Below are positions 49,433 through 63,000 of a stretch of 64,000 nucleotides of DNA, one piece after another. This DNA comes from Octopus sinensis (taxonomy: Eukaryota), in contig NC_043002.1 in assembly GCF_006345805.1 (NCBI RefSeq), positions 43,710,001-43,774,000 on the forward strand. The letters run 5' to 3'. The notes below the pieces were generated by a model, which was given only the letters and a program-made list of their open reading frames with translations, searched no databases and was not told where the DNA came from. Numbering within the stretch: position 1 is the first letter of the stretch; every line of letters starts with the position of its first letter. The translations under genes were made by a program, and so were the position numbers.

Positions 49433-52268
49433 GGGAGGGAAAAAAAAGAAAATAAAAGAAATTGAATTTGATTTTATAGATAAGTAGAACAAAGTTTTTC
49501 TAGGGAAATGAAAACAGTTATGTTGACAACAAACAGAGCAACTAGTGCAGTTTATACAAAATTGGCATGTGTTTGGAGTGGGGTGTGTTGGGGTACTCCC
49601 CCTTTTTTTTGCTTCAATTTTTATCATGACAACAATTAACCTGCCTTGTTGTTGTAAGTAAATATACCTAGACTAATGAGGCATCTCATACAAAACCACT
49701 CTGGCTGCTGCAAATAGCAATGATATTCTATGTTTTCATCTTACTCCACTGCCAGTACTAGTATTTCCCATCAAGCTGCCCCTCCACTCCTATTTATCTA
49801 TCACTCACTATATTCTCCTCTACACCCATCTGTAACCATCTGGTACCCTTCCCTCACACTCTTGTAACCGCCTACCCCAATTTCTATCATCTCTTTCTCT
49901 TTGAGGGTTTTCATTTTCTCTGGCTTCCTCATCACAACCTTCTTACCTTTTTGTTTGCAGACACCTCCACCCACCCTTATACAAATGCAGAGCAGCCTTG
50001 TATCTTCTCTACAACAAGACACTTCTGCTTGTCCTTGGCATAAAATCATCTCTTTATCCTCTCAAATACTCCTCCCACTCAGTTGAGAGGGCCTTTCCTT
50101 TCCTGTTTTGTGACAGTGGCATGGAATAAGTATCCAGTACATGCTATAAAGTGCTTGGCATTAGGAAGGGAATCCAGATGTAAGAACCATACCAAAACTG
50201 ACATGGAGCACTATTCAGCCCTGTGGCTCAAAGGATCCTGTTAAACTGTCCAACCCATGCCAGCATGGATCCCCTTCAGATTACATTTCACTATCTTAAA
50301 ACAAAGGGAAATATATATTAGACGAGGAAGTTCTAAATACAGTCTACCTGATAAAGAAATGACAAGATGGTCCCAACCTGCTTAATCAGGGCTGACATGA
50401 GTCTAAACAATAACTACAGTGTAACATGCTGTATTTATATCATATACATTTTTTTTAATGTTGACACAGGACAAGATTGAAAACCTCACTCTAATTTCTG
50501 TATCATTTGTTATGCCATGCATGGTATATATTGCAATAAATGTCTCTAAAGCTCTGATGGACTTGTATAGTAGCAGTTGTGCTTAACTGATTGTTTATGG
50601 TATTAAGTAATGAATTATAAATTTACGCTTATGTAGAACACCATTTGCAGCCAACAGGGGAGCTCTTCATAGGCGTCCAACATGCTGCTATGAATAACAA
50701 CCAAATCATCATATCTTAGAAGTAAGAATATATTCAGTGGATAATATAGACCTGAAGAAAAGTCATGATTGGAATGCCTTTGATCATTTGTCTGCTTGAA
50801 CAGGGCCAATTTAGAACAAAGCATCCTTATTGTCCTCTGCCTGTTATGATCTATCAATGCTTCTGTAATTGGCATTTCACATCATTACTTTGATCCCTTT
50901 CTATGTCTACGTCAGTGTGAAGTGTCTCATGAATAATAAATACAACGATCATCTTTTATTGTAGACTGTCATTTCTCTCTCCCACCTGTTTATTTATTTA
51001 TTTATTTATTATCTCCTGCAGCTAATGAACAATAGCGTGATTGGTTACAGTTTTCCAATTGACTGGTCGTTAGTTAATTGTTTTTCTGAAGGTGTGAGTG
51101 ACAAAGGAGTACTTGAGACACAGTGCAGAAATAATGCTGCTTTGACTGCTGGAAGAGCACTGATTTTTCATTTTTCTCTCCGATGTTTATACTCTTTTCT
51201 AATACACTTTGGTGAAAGAAACACACACATACACAAACACACACACATACATGATGGGTTTCTTTTCTATTTCTCTCTGCTAACTTTTGCTCACAAGGTA
51301 TTGGTCAATCTGAAGCTATTGTCCAAGTTGCTGCACTCTGTACGGTTGGGCTGGAGTTACATGAGGCAAAGTGACTGAGTTCCTTTCAAGTGTTGGGCCT
51401 CACAGAGGCAATGACCGAGACTTTTGGCATTATGTTACCTTGGGAAGGAGACCTATGGCATGTAAAAGCACCCCATTACATTCTCAGAGTGGTTGGCATT
51501 AGAAAGGGCATCCAACCGTAGAATACCATGCCAAATCAGACTGGAGTCTGGTGCAGCCTTCCAGCTTACCTGTCCTGGTCAAACTGTCCAACCCATGCCA
51601 GCATGGACAATGGACATTAAATGATGATGATGATGAACTCCATAGCCCTGCCTAGTTTTCATGGTTATATTTCAACTCATGTAAAGGTGCATGGCTCAGT
51701 GGTTAGAGTGTTGGGCTTATAATCATGAGGTAGTAAGTTCAATTTCTGGACCTGGTTGTGTGTTGTGTTCTTGAGCAAGACGTTTTGTTTTCACATTGCT
51801 CCAGTTCACTCAGCTGTAGGTGTTGCAACATCACTGATGCCAAGCTGTATCAGCCTTTGCCTTTCCCTTGGATAAATAACATAGGTAGCATGGAGAGGAG
51901 AGGCTGCTATGCATGGGCGACTGCTGGTCCTTCATAAACAATCTTGCCAGGACTTGTGTCTTGAGTGGGAGCTTTCTAGGTACAATCCCGAAGGAAGCCT
52001 TTACCCCTTTATATCAATCTCATATTCAGTTAAGTGTTTTTCAGTCATTGCAAGTTTCCTTCTTTCTGTACCAAACTTTCACTGCATCACAGTATCAAAC
52101 TTTACATATATATCATCAACACCATCATTTAATTTCCTAATGAACACATTTATATACTCAACAAACACTGAGGAATTCCTGAGGTAGATCCAGTGGCATA
52201 TCAGTATTGTATAAAGTGCTTTAATTGGAATACTACCAGGTGTATACCCAAGATTTAAATAACTACTA

Positions 52269-52304
<36 letters not shown>

Positions 52305-52402
52305 AGTTCAGCAAAAATTTAGATTCAAATGAATATGGTACTTAATTTAGATGCATCAGAATTCTGTATGGTGTTATCCATATAAATCCGTGGGGTGATT
52401 AT

Positions 52403-52923
52403 AATCAAAATAAGCAACAAGAATGACTCCGGTAATTTGGTACGATTGTTTTATATTACATCATTTTATTAAATGTTGTAAGTATTACAACAGTTTTAAA
52501 ATGTTGAGCACTCATTAGCCAATTATAGAGATTTTCCATTAATACAAAAATTTTCATATCAAGTGGCAACATTATAGAGAAGGTAGATATATAGACACAG
52601 ATTTGGATTAAAATTTTATGAACATTTGAGGTAGTGGAGCCCATCAACTTACTGACTAAGATTCAGTTAGTCAGTCAGTTGATGGGCTCCACTACCTCAA
52701 ATGTTCTTAAAATTCAAATCCACATCTTTGTCTATATATCTACCTTCTCTATAATGTTGCCACTTGATATGAACATTTTTGTATTAATGGAAAACCTCTA
52801 TAATTGGCTGATGAGTGCTCAGCATTTTTAAACTGTTGTAATACTTACAACATTTAATAAAATGATGTAGTACGAAACGATCGTACCAAATTACCGGAGT
52901 CATTCTTGTTGCTTATTTTGATT
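52403..52923. mobile_element. Fold-back PLE-type insertion, about 257-bp arms and a 7-nt loop; hammerhead intact on + (52801-52893), mutated in the inverted arm
   Basis: Arms 52403-52659 and 52667-52923, about 15 differences. + strand TAATTGG-CTGATGA-GTGCT...AGTAC-GAAAC-GATC-GTA|CCAAATTA. Confidence 0.88.
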
Positions 52924-54924
52924 TTATATATATATATATATATATGTAAATGTTAGGTTCAAGGATCCAGGTGTAGGTAGTTAGTAAGCTTCAAGCAATC
53001 TGTAGAAGGTATAAAACACAACTTTCAGGAACAATTATAGTTTATTGACATAGAAGGTTGTAAATCTTTTCCCATATTGAAGTTCAATAAAAAAAAAAAA
53101 ACGTTATTGTGTAGTTCATGGTTAACAACTAAGGTTGCTATGTATATGAATAAAAATCCAGAGCAGGTAAAATCCAGGCTACATATGTTTCCTAGCTAGA
53201 ACCTCAGAAGTAATAATTACTCAATGCTGGTGTACTCCATTAGCTTCTCATCAGGCTGAAGATATATATGTGTGTGTGTGTGTATATATGTATATACACA
53301 CGCACACACACACACACAAACATACATTCAACAAGTTTCTTTCAGTTTCTGTATATCAAATCCACTTCTATCAGCCTGGGGCTATTGTAGAAGACACTTG
53401 TCTGAAGTACCACACAATGGGACTGAACTTTAAACCATGTGGTTGAGAAGTAAGCTACACCTGCAAACTTGATGGATTCTGCTTTATTACTTGTTTTTGG
53501 TCTGAAAATTCCTGACAATCGCATTGACATTAACCCTTTTACTCTTGGCTTTGAGCTTTGGTCTCCTGAACCAAAGCAGTTCTCTGACCTGATCTGTGTA
53601 ACAACCATTTTCTTGCATCTAATTGTAATATTAGAAGTGCTTTCAGGTTTGTTTTGTCATTTTATTGTTTTTGTGTTGTAAATTCATTCTTCCTTTTTCA
53701 TCTGTCTACAACTTTAGCTTCTTCCTTGCTTCATTGAGAAAACTTGTTGTTCTTCTTCCTCTTGCCAGTGACACTTAAAAGGCACCATTCAAGCGATAGA
53801 GCACCATCCGAGCGTGATCATTGCCAGAGCGGCTATCTGGCCTCCGTGCTGGTGGTACGTAAAAAACACCATTCGAGCGTGATCGTTACCAGCATCGCCT
53901 TACTGGCACCCGCGCCGGTGGCATGTGTAAAAGATTCGAGCGAGGTCGTTACCAGTGCCGCCTGACTGGCCCTGTTCCGGTGGCACGTAAAAGCACCCAC
54001 TACACTCTCGGAGTGGTTGGCGTTAGGAAGGGCATCCAGCTGTAGAAACTCTGCCAGATCAAGATTGAAGCCTGGTGTAGCCATCTGGTTTGCCAGCCCT
54101 CAGTCACACGTCCAACCCATGCTAGCATGGAAAGTGGGCGTTAAACGATGATGATGATTATTATTATTGTGTTCTCTATATACTTCCGTTTGTTTGTGTT
54201 TATTCTCCAGTGAGTGATTTTATAACATTAAAATTCCAACCATGCCAGCAAGGAAAACGTACTTCGAATAATGATGAAAATTGCTAGTTTATAATAATTT
54301 TCAAATAGTAAAAGGCCACCATCATCTTGTGTTTGGGCTAAATATACAAAGCAACCAAATTACTCACATTTTTGTTGAGCAGTTTGTTTGGTTTTAAGAA
54401 CTAACCTTTCTCTTTTACTTATTTCAGTCATTAGGTCATGGCCATACTGGAGCACTGCCTTGAATTTAGTATAGTTAAATGAATCAACCCCAGTACTTAT
54501 TTCTTTTAAGCTGATACTTATTCTATTGGTCTCTGCTGCCAAACTGCTAAGTTATGAGGATGTAAACACATCAACACACACACACATGCACCAACTACCA
54601 CAGAACAATAACAATAATAGCGACAACCCAGAACAATAACAATAATAGCGACAACCAATTACCCACCTTTATTTATCTGCTTATGAAGTCATTCACTCGT
54701 GAATTTCATCACACACAACATGGACAAAATTTCTTCTTAAGAAAAAATATATATTCAAATAAGTAAAACATAATATCATGAATAGCGATAGTGAGACCGG
54801 TCAATATATTAAAAATTATATTAAAACTATGTAAATGTACATATTTTCCTTTTTTTAATTTCTTATATACATTACAATTCACCACGTGGGGATAATCGAA
54901 ATTCCTCTTTTCTGTTACTACTGC

Positions 54925-54981
<57 letters not shown>

Positions 54982-54992
54982 GTACACACACA

Positions 54993-55838
54993 CAGGGTGC
55001 GATGGGTAAATTGTTGCCATTTTATATTGTTAATTTCACACCTATGCATTGTTTGTTTACGATTTTGTTGACTACACAGTATAGTAGGGTCAGCTGGGTA
55101 CCATGTGTGAGAAAAATAGCACCATGACGCTAATGACTCTGCCACAAATTTGGAAATGACATGCTGTACTGCTTGGCATTCGCGCCAGAAGTTCCAACAT
55201 TTCAGAGTGTTTGGGTGTCAATCTGAGAGCATGTTCTGAGAGTGATAAAGATCAAACATGTTTTCAACATCATGGTGTTTGGAGTGGTCACTAGTGATGG
55301 CAACATTATGTCTCCATTCATCTTTCCACATGGCCTCAGACTCAACAGAGAGGCCTACAAGTACCTGGAGGATGTAGTGCTGCCCTGGCTCAAGAGGGTG
55401 GTTATTAGAAGGTCCTATGTCTGGCAACAGGACTTTGCATCATGCCACACAGGCAGTAGAACCCAGTCATCGCTGTCAGACAATTTCTGTGGCCACATCA
55501 CCCCAAACATCTGGCCACCTAACTCCCCAGACTGCAAATCCCTTGATTATTATGTGTGGGGCACAGTTGAGTGAGAGACCAACAAAACTCTTTGTAGCAC
55601 CAAAGATGAATTGAAGACAAGGATTATGGCAGCATTCACTAGAAGAGTTGCAGGAAATTCCATAGTCATTTGGCAGCCATGGTTGAAGCCAATGGTGATT
55701 TTATTGAATAAATTTACGCTTTAGTATTTCAAGATATTTTTATATTCTATGTAATTTTGGTAAATATATCTATTAAAAGGAGATATCAATGTTAGTTTTA
55801 TTTTTGTGTAATTTAGACAACAGTTTATTCACCATACC

Positions 55839-55841
<3 letters not shown>
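54993..55841 (+). mobile_element. Internally deleted maT (DD37D) transposon
   Basis: TIRs CAGGGTGCGATGGGTAAATTGTTG / CAACAGTTTATTCACCATACCCTG|TA; VMVFGVV, WQQD...WPPNSPDCKSLD with 37 residues between the two D. Confidence 0.8.
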
Positions 55842-55881
<40 letters not shown>

Positions 55882-55884
<3 letters not shown>

Positions 55885-56207
55885 TGTACATTTAAACACA
55901 TAAGAGTTATCCATCATAGGATTCCTGGCACGCTAGAAGGAATAGCTAAACTCCAAACCACTATTAGGGATAAACTTCGAAGGGAACGAAAATTAAAAAC
56001 ATTTACCATCTATCTGCTGGACCATGGTTTCTGACTTTTTTTTAGCAAATAAAATAATTTGCTAGGTGAAGTCTTCATCAACAGGTACTTATAGATTATA
56101 ATTTATCAAATCCACCACGCAAGCGCAGTTTTTTTCCTTTTAGCTATTCCTTCTAGTGTGCCAGGAATCCTATGACGGATACCTCTTATGTGTTTAAATG
56201 TACACTG
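55882..56207. mobile_element. Tc1/mariner-type MITE with about 70-bp TIRs
   Basis: TA|CAGTGTACATTTAAACACATAAGAG...CTCTTATGTGTTTAAATGTACACTG|TA. Confidence 0.85.
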
Positions 56208-58589
56208 TATTTATATGAATAATATATAGTCTATTGACTAATTTTTGTACTCGCTAGGCCACTGGTAGTAAAAATTTCTAATATATATATATATATATAG
56301 GGTTACAAAAGTGTGCTTTCCTTGGGAATAAAAATATAGTGGATTTTGTTTGGGCATGTAGATTTGAACCTAAATCTATAGAATTCCTCTTTAAGAGAAA
56401 ATGGTTGACATCAGTGACACTCAACACATAGCCTGCCAAGTTGATTTATGTCTTTTCCATTTGATCCTTTTGACCCCTCTATGCCACCAAAAGCTGAAAT
56501 TAGATAAGAACCACCTACTGCAGTTTTCTTTTGTTCTCAGTGATATGTCTCTCTTTCTCACTGTTCTGTGACAATTATAAATACTAAAATCCTGTTAGTG
56601 AATGAGATAACCACAAAGTAGTTGGTGAAAGGCGTTGTGAGATGAAGATGACCAGAGATGACTTATAATACAATTTTCACTTGCTCATATGTCAATGGCA
56701 AATGTCATCTCTTTTCTCAGTTGTTGCCTATGTGACAGGCAGCACAAAAGTATCATTGTCTTCCTCTCTGTCACTCTATTACCCTTTAAGGGCTTACTAC
56801 TGCAAGTGGCATAAACAGTAAACAACACAATATAAAGAGGATGACCTCCCTTCTGTTTTGACCGGCTTATTGAGAATTTGAACTCTAATATTTCGTATCT
56901 CAAACACTGGATTTTCAATCAACAAGGACTGCCTTGAACTTTAATACTTTCTGATGGCTTTGTGCTATGAACTGTAATATATATTATAACAGCTTTTGCT
57001 GACTTTGATGTGGGTTTTTGCAATATTTCTATCTCAATACATAATTGAATTATTATGGACTTGTTTGTTGTATTTGTTGTTTTCCTTTTGTCTAACCTTA
57101 ACAATACACACATACACACATACAAATATATGCATTGTGGAAGGAACCTGTGGAAGAGGTAGATCCAAGACATGAGATGAGGTGGTGAAGCTTGATCTTC
57201 AAATGTTGGGTTTCATGGAAGCAATGACAAGTGATTGAGACCTTTGGTGTGCTTGAGAAGACTTGACAAGCCAGGTGAAATCATAGTTGTGGCCAGCGTT
57301 AGTGACGTAAAATCGCCCATGCCAATGACATGTAAAAGGCACCGACTAGACTCTTGGAGTAGTTGGCATTAGGAAGGGCATCCAGCTGTAGAAACATTGC
57401 CAAATTAGACTGGAAGCTGGTACAGCTCTCCAGCACCAGTCAAACCATCTAACACATGCTGGTAACAAAAGCAGATGCTTAATGTTGATGATGATATATG
57501 TATGACTTGTTCATCATGGTAGTTGGTGAACAGGTCGTATGACTTGTTCATCATGGTAGTTAGTGAACAGGTCATCTAGTTTTACGTTGCCTGTTTAAAA
57601 TTTACCTGATGATGGCAGGTTTTCGCTTTGATCTAATCTAAGAATGCATCAATAAAATACTGCCGAAACAGTTGTTTGTGTTCTTCTTTATATATGCACC
57701 TCTCCTGGAATCAACCTTCAGTCAGGTCTACAACTGATATTGGATTTGGTGCCTCAGTGTGTATATATCATCATCATTTAACATTCATTTTCCATTGGAC
57801 AGTTTGACTGAAAAACTGATAAGCGAAGGGGCTGCATCAGGTTCCAATCTGACTTGGCAAGGCTTTTACAGCTGGATGTCCTTCCTTATGTCTACCACTC
57901 CGAGAGTGTAGTGGGTGCTTTTTACATGCCACTGGCATGGGTGCCATTGACCTGACACCAGGATCGGCCATGACTACGGTCACACTTGGCTTGACACGTC
58001 AACACAAGCACAGTATATCGCCAAGGATCTTGGTCACCTGTCACTGCCTCCATGAGGCACAATACTCGAATGGTACATTTTACATGCCAGTCAGACGGCA
58101 CTGGCACCAGCTATCACTACAATTTCACTTGGATCAATAAGTCTTCACAAGCACAGCATATTGCCCAGCAATTGAAGGGTGCTTTTAAAGGGCCAGTTAA
58201 ATGACACTAGCATCGACCTTGACTATGATCTCACTTGGCTTGAGGGATTTTCTCAAGCATGGCATATCTCCAAACATTGAGCCTGGTGGAGGTGATAAGT
58301 GACTGAGACCTCTGGTAATATGCCATGCTTGAGAAGACTCATCAAGCCAAGTGAAATCCTAGTCATGGCCAATACTAGTGTCATGTAACTGGCATCCATG
58401 CTGGTGGCATGTAAAAAGCACCTATTACACTCTTGGAATGGTTAGCATTTGGAAGGGCATCCAGCCATAAGAACTATACCAAATCAGATTTGAACCTGGT
58501 GCAGCCCTCCAGCTTACCATTTTCAGTCGAACTGTTTAACCCATGCCAGCATGGAAAGCAGATGCTAAATGATGATGGTGATAAATACA

Positions 58590-58624
<35 letters not shown>

Positions 58625-58625
<1 letters not shown>

Positions 58626-59262
58626 AAAAGCAATAAAGATTCAAGTTAATTTAAATGAATTTACTTGAATATGGTACCTAACTTAGATGCACCAAAAAAA
58701 ACTATACTGTTTTAACAATACAGTAATGTGGGGTGATTATAAGCGAGAAAGAAGCAACAAGAATTTCCTCTTCATTTCTCTGGAAATTTACATCTACACC
58801 ATTGGAAATTGTGCATCTATACAAAGGATTAATTCACCCTCTCTGTAATGCTAATAAGCAGGAATTGAGACCCACCTCGTTGTGATTAACAATGGATAAA
58901 TTTGTCGTCTGTGAGTATGTAATCCCTCCTCATATCTCTGGAAATTCATATGTGCACTATGGATTAGGTCACCTTCTCTGTGATGCTATTAAAACTTTTT
59001 TTAAATTCTGTGATAAGACTGTACATCATCTTTAAAGAACTTTAATGAACTTTGGAAATCTGTTTATGTTACTTAATTATCTACATTACTTCATGAGTAT
59101 AGCCTCAACCACTAGGATGTCTAGAGAACTCACATGTATTTTAGCTGATGAGTACGGGACACGTTTATATGCTGTAATTTTTGCAACATTTAATAAAGCC
59201 TGTCCTTGTATGAAACGATTGTACTAAAAACCTATCCATTCTTGTTGCTTCTTTCTCGCGTA
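58625..59262 (+). mobile_element. PLE-type module with inverted tail and hammerhead (59139-59229); related to the 52-kb element
   Basis: TTTTAG-CTGATGA-GTACGGGACA...TGTCCTTGTAT-GAAAC-GATT-GTA|CTAAAA; 58738-58768 is the reverse complement of the element's 3' end; (TA)n on both sides. Confidence 0.8.
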
Positions 59263-59283
59263 TATATATATATATATACACAC

Positions 59284-59352
<69 letters not shown>

Positions 59353-59420
59353 CATACATACATGCATACATATATATATACATATATATACATACATATA
59401 TATACAAACATATATATATA

Positions 59421-60094
59421 CTAGCAGTAATACCCATCGTTCATCGGATAATTACTTTTACTCTTTCTCAGAAGTCACATTCAAAGTATTATTATATATA
59501 TAATAGATTTCTCAATGGGGATTTCAGGGGAGAGTTTCAGGGAGTCGCTGGCGATGTATCGTGATGATCAAAAATCTGGCCTGCTAAAATTTGGTTAAAG
59601 TGCAAACTGCAGAGTCAATGCAAAATGGTCACATTTAATTCAAAGTGTTAAAAATGTTATGAAAACAATCGGTATGAGTTCACAAAGTCCAAACGATTAA
59701 TACGAAAAACCCTCCAGGCTACATCCCGAAAATTAATTTCTTTGCCGAATTTCTACAATGTTTACTGCAATTTGTTTTTATATCTTGATTTTTTATTTTT
59801 CATGCAATTTATGCATGCTTGCATGCGTGGTGAACACAGTTCACATCAAACAGCTGACTGAGTAAAGTTCACTATTCAATGCATGGGATAAGGCCTAAAC
59901 AAACACATTATCGATTTTTGCACTTGCGAGATGAATTTCGGAACAGAAATAGCGCAGTTCAATTTTCATTCGCCTAAACTTTAAGTGACCCATTTTTGGT
60001 GATTCTATGATTTGTTGGCTAAGAGGAGATGTGCCGGGAAGTTAAACACACAGATACACACACAGACACACAAGTTGAGTTTTATATATATAGA
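59421..60094 (-). mobile_element. Non-autonomous Helitron-like element
   Basis: Minus strand begins TCTATATATATAAAA and ends ...CTGCTAG, inserted between A and T. Confidence 0.7.
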
Positions 60095-63000
60095 TATACA
60101 CATACATATATATATAGACTTCTTCCAGTTTTTATCTACCAAATCCATTCACATGACTTAGGTTGGCCCTGACAATATAGTAAAAGAGACTTGTCCAAGG
60201 TGTTGTGCAGTGACACTGGACCCAAGACCACATGGTTTGGAAGCAAGCTTCATAACCACACCGCCACACCTCTCATAAACACATTTTTATTCTTAGTACC
60301 ATAAAGAACTGAGAGATCTTCCTTTATTATTCAAACTCTCTTATTTTTCACACCATGTTGTTTGCCAAGAATTGGATGTTCCTTCAGAAGTGTCGTTCAG
60401 TTTTTATCTGATTTCCTTTTCGATTACTTCTCAGCTTTCACGTAATTCAATTAATTGATCCTCATTGTGTTGTTGACGTTGAATTTGTGTTTTAGGGAAG
60501 GTCTGTGACACCTCAGATAGTGTTTTGTATTATAGCTGTTATTTTGTTATCAGCTTTTATATCTAAGAAGAGTGTTGGGGGTGGCAGCTATTTATCGTAA
60601 TTCTTATATAATTTCTTCCTTCAGATATGTCTCATCTTTTACACATATTTTTATTGTTATTGCAGGCACCTTTCCTATAGCCAGAATCTATTTACGTTTC
60701 TTTTATTTGTTTTCTTTTCCTCATTTGTAGTTTCGATGATACTGGTTTTCAACTTATTACTTTTGTTGCTTGTAGATTTGTGTTGTGTTTTGTTTTATAA
60801 TCTGATCATATTTATTCCTTTATTGTATTCATATGATATAGCTTTCCTTTTATCCATGCCTTTTCATATATTCTCCACTGTTTTCTGGTTTAAACTTTAC
60901 TTCACGTACATGTTTCCCTCTCTTTTATATCTAATATAACATATTCTCCTACAGACAGGGTTTTTTAAATGTTTTAATCTACAGTCAACATTTCATTATT
61001 ACACAGCTGGAGACACCAGAGATGTTATTTCTTTTCAGAACCTAAAGTATAATCATTTCATGTTATGCTACTAAATTACTTAGCATTATCACCACACCAT
61101 ATTCAACAGTTTGTTTATTACTCTATTTAAGTTCTGTGAAAATTAACTTTTCTCTAGTGATTATATACATTATTGTGTAGTTTCATTTTCTATTATAAAA
61201 GTATTAAATATGGTTGTGTGTGTGGTAAAAAGCTTGCTTCCCAATCACATGGTTCCTGGTTCAGTCCTACTGCATGGCAACTTGGGCAAGTGTCTTCTGT
61301 TATAGCCTTGAGCCAACCAAAGCCTTATGAGTGGAACTGCTCAATGTAAACAGAAAAAAGCCTGTCATACATACATACATACATATATATATATATACGA
61401 GGCAGCTCATCAGTCCCTTTCTGTCCCTTCTGGCTCCTATATATATATATATATATATATTTGTGTTCGATTACTGGACAACTGATGTTGGTGTGTTTAC
61501 ATCCCGATAACTTAGCAGTTCAGCAAATGAGACTGATAGAATAAGTACACCGTTTAAAAAAATAAGTTCTGGTATAAATTCATTTGACCAAAAATTCTTC
61601 AAGATAGTGCCCCAGCATGGCTGCTATCTTATAACTGAAACAAGTGAAAGCTAAAAGATGTGTGTGTGTGTGGTGTACTCCTGGTGGACAACAGTCCCTT
61701 CTAGATTAAGTTGAGTTGAGGTAGGTTTGAAATTTATATCACAGAGTAAAGAAGGGGTACAGAGTATACACATTTAACCCTTCAGTATTTAAACCAGGCA
61801 TATCAGGTCCAAATATTCAAAGTGGTCAGATCCAGCCTCTTACACCTATCCTACAATGTCCCTTTAGAAATTAACACGTACATTATCCAAATCTCCAAGC
61901 TATGCGATTAATTCAAAATGATGTAAGTATTATGTTTAACTGAAAAATCTGAATACTAAAGAGTAAATATTTATTTTCTATATATCATAAAAGGTAGTGA
62001 GAAATCATCCATCTCCTTTTCCCTGCTCCCCCTGCTCCAGTTCATATGTAGCATTGGTTATCTCCCCTATCCTTCATCCACCATTTACTACATCCACCCT
62101 TCAACCCTACCTGTCACCACTCGCTTTTACTTCCCTCGTATCTTCAGCATCCACCTTGACACTTTATCACCACTATTTTTATCTCTTCCCAGCATCACCT
62201 CAACAATTCCCACCCTCTCTTCTAAAATGAAATGAGGTTATAGTCATCTATATTAGTTCCAAAAATGGAATGGTGAAGGACAATGTTCAGAAGAAGAGGG
62301 AGTGGACAGGCTTTCACACAGTTTCTATCTACCAAATTCACTCAAGGCATTGGTCAGACAAGGGCTATAACCAAAGAGACTCGTTCAAGGTACTGCGCAG
62401 TGGAACTGAACCTGAAGCCACTTGGCTGTGAAGAGAACATCTTAACCACACATCCATGCATGTTAACTGGGGTGGGTTTGAACTCAGAACAAAAAGGATG
62501 TAACTAAATACCATATAGTATTTTGTCTAATCTTCTACTACTAGGAATAGGAGTGGCTGTGTGGTAAGTAGCTTGCTTATGAACCACATGGTTCTGGGTT
62601 CAGTCCCACTACGTGGCACCTTAGTCAAATGTTTTCTACTATAGCCTCGGGCCGACCAAAGCCTCGTGAGTGGATTTGATTGTCCCACTGCGTGGCACCT
62701 TAGTCAATTGTCTTCTACTATAGCCTCAGGCCGACCAAAGCCTCGTGAGTGGATTTGGTTGAGAGAAACTGAAAGAAGCCTGTCGTATATATGTACATAT
62801 ATATGTATGTGTGTGTATATGTTTGTGTGTCTCTGTTTGTCCCCCCAACATCGCTTGACAACCGATGCTAGTGTGTTTACGCCCCCGTAACTTAGCAGTT
62901 CGGCAAAAGAGACCGATGGAATAAGTACTAGGCTTACAAAGAATAAGTCCTGGGGTCGATTTGCTTGACTAACGGCGGTGCTCCAGCATGGCCCCAGCCA

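Noticed and set aside
62590-62760. About 75-bp duplication within a SINE, and a 29-bp duplication at about 54600-54660
   Set aside because: Ordinary local slippage duplications.
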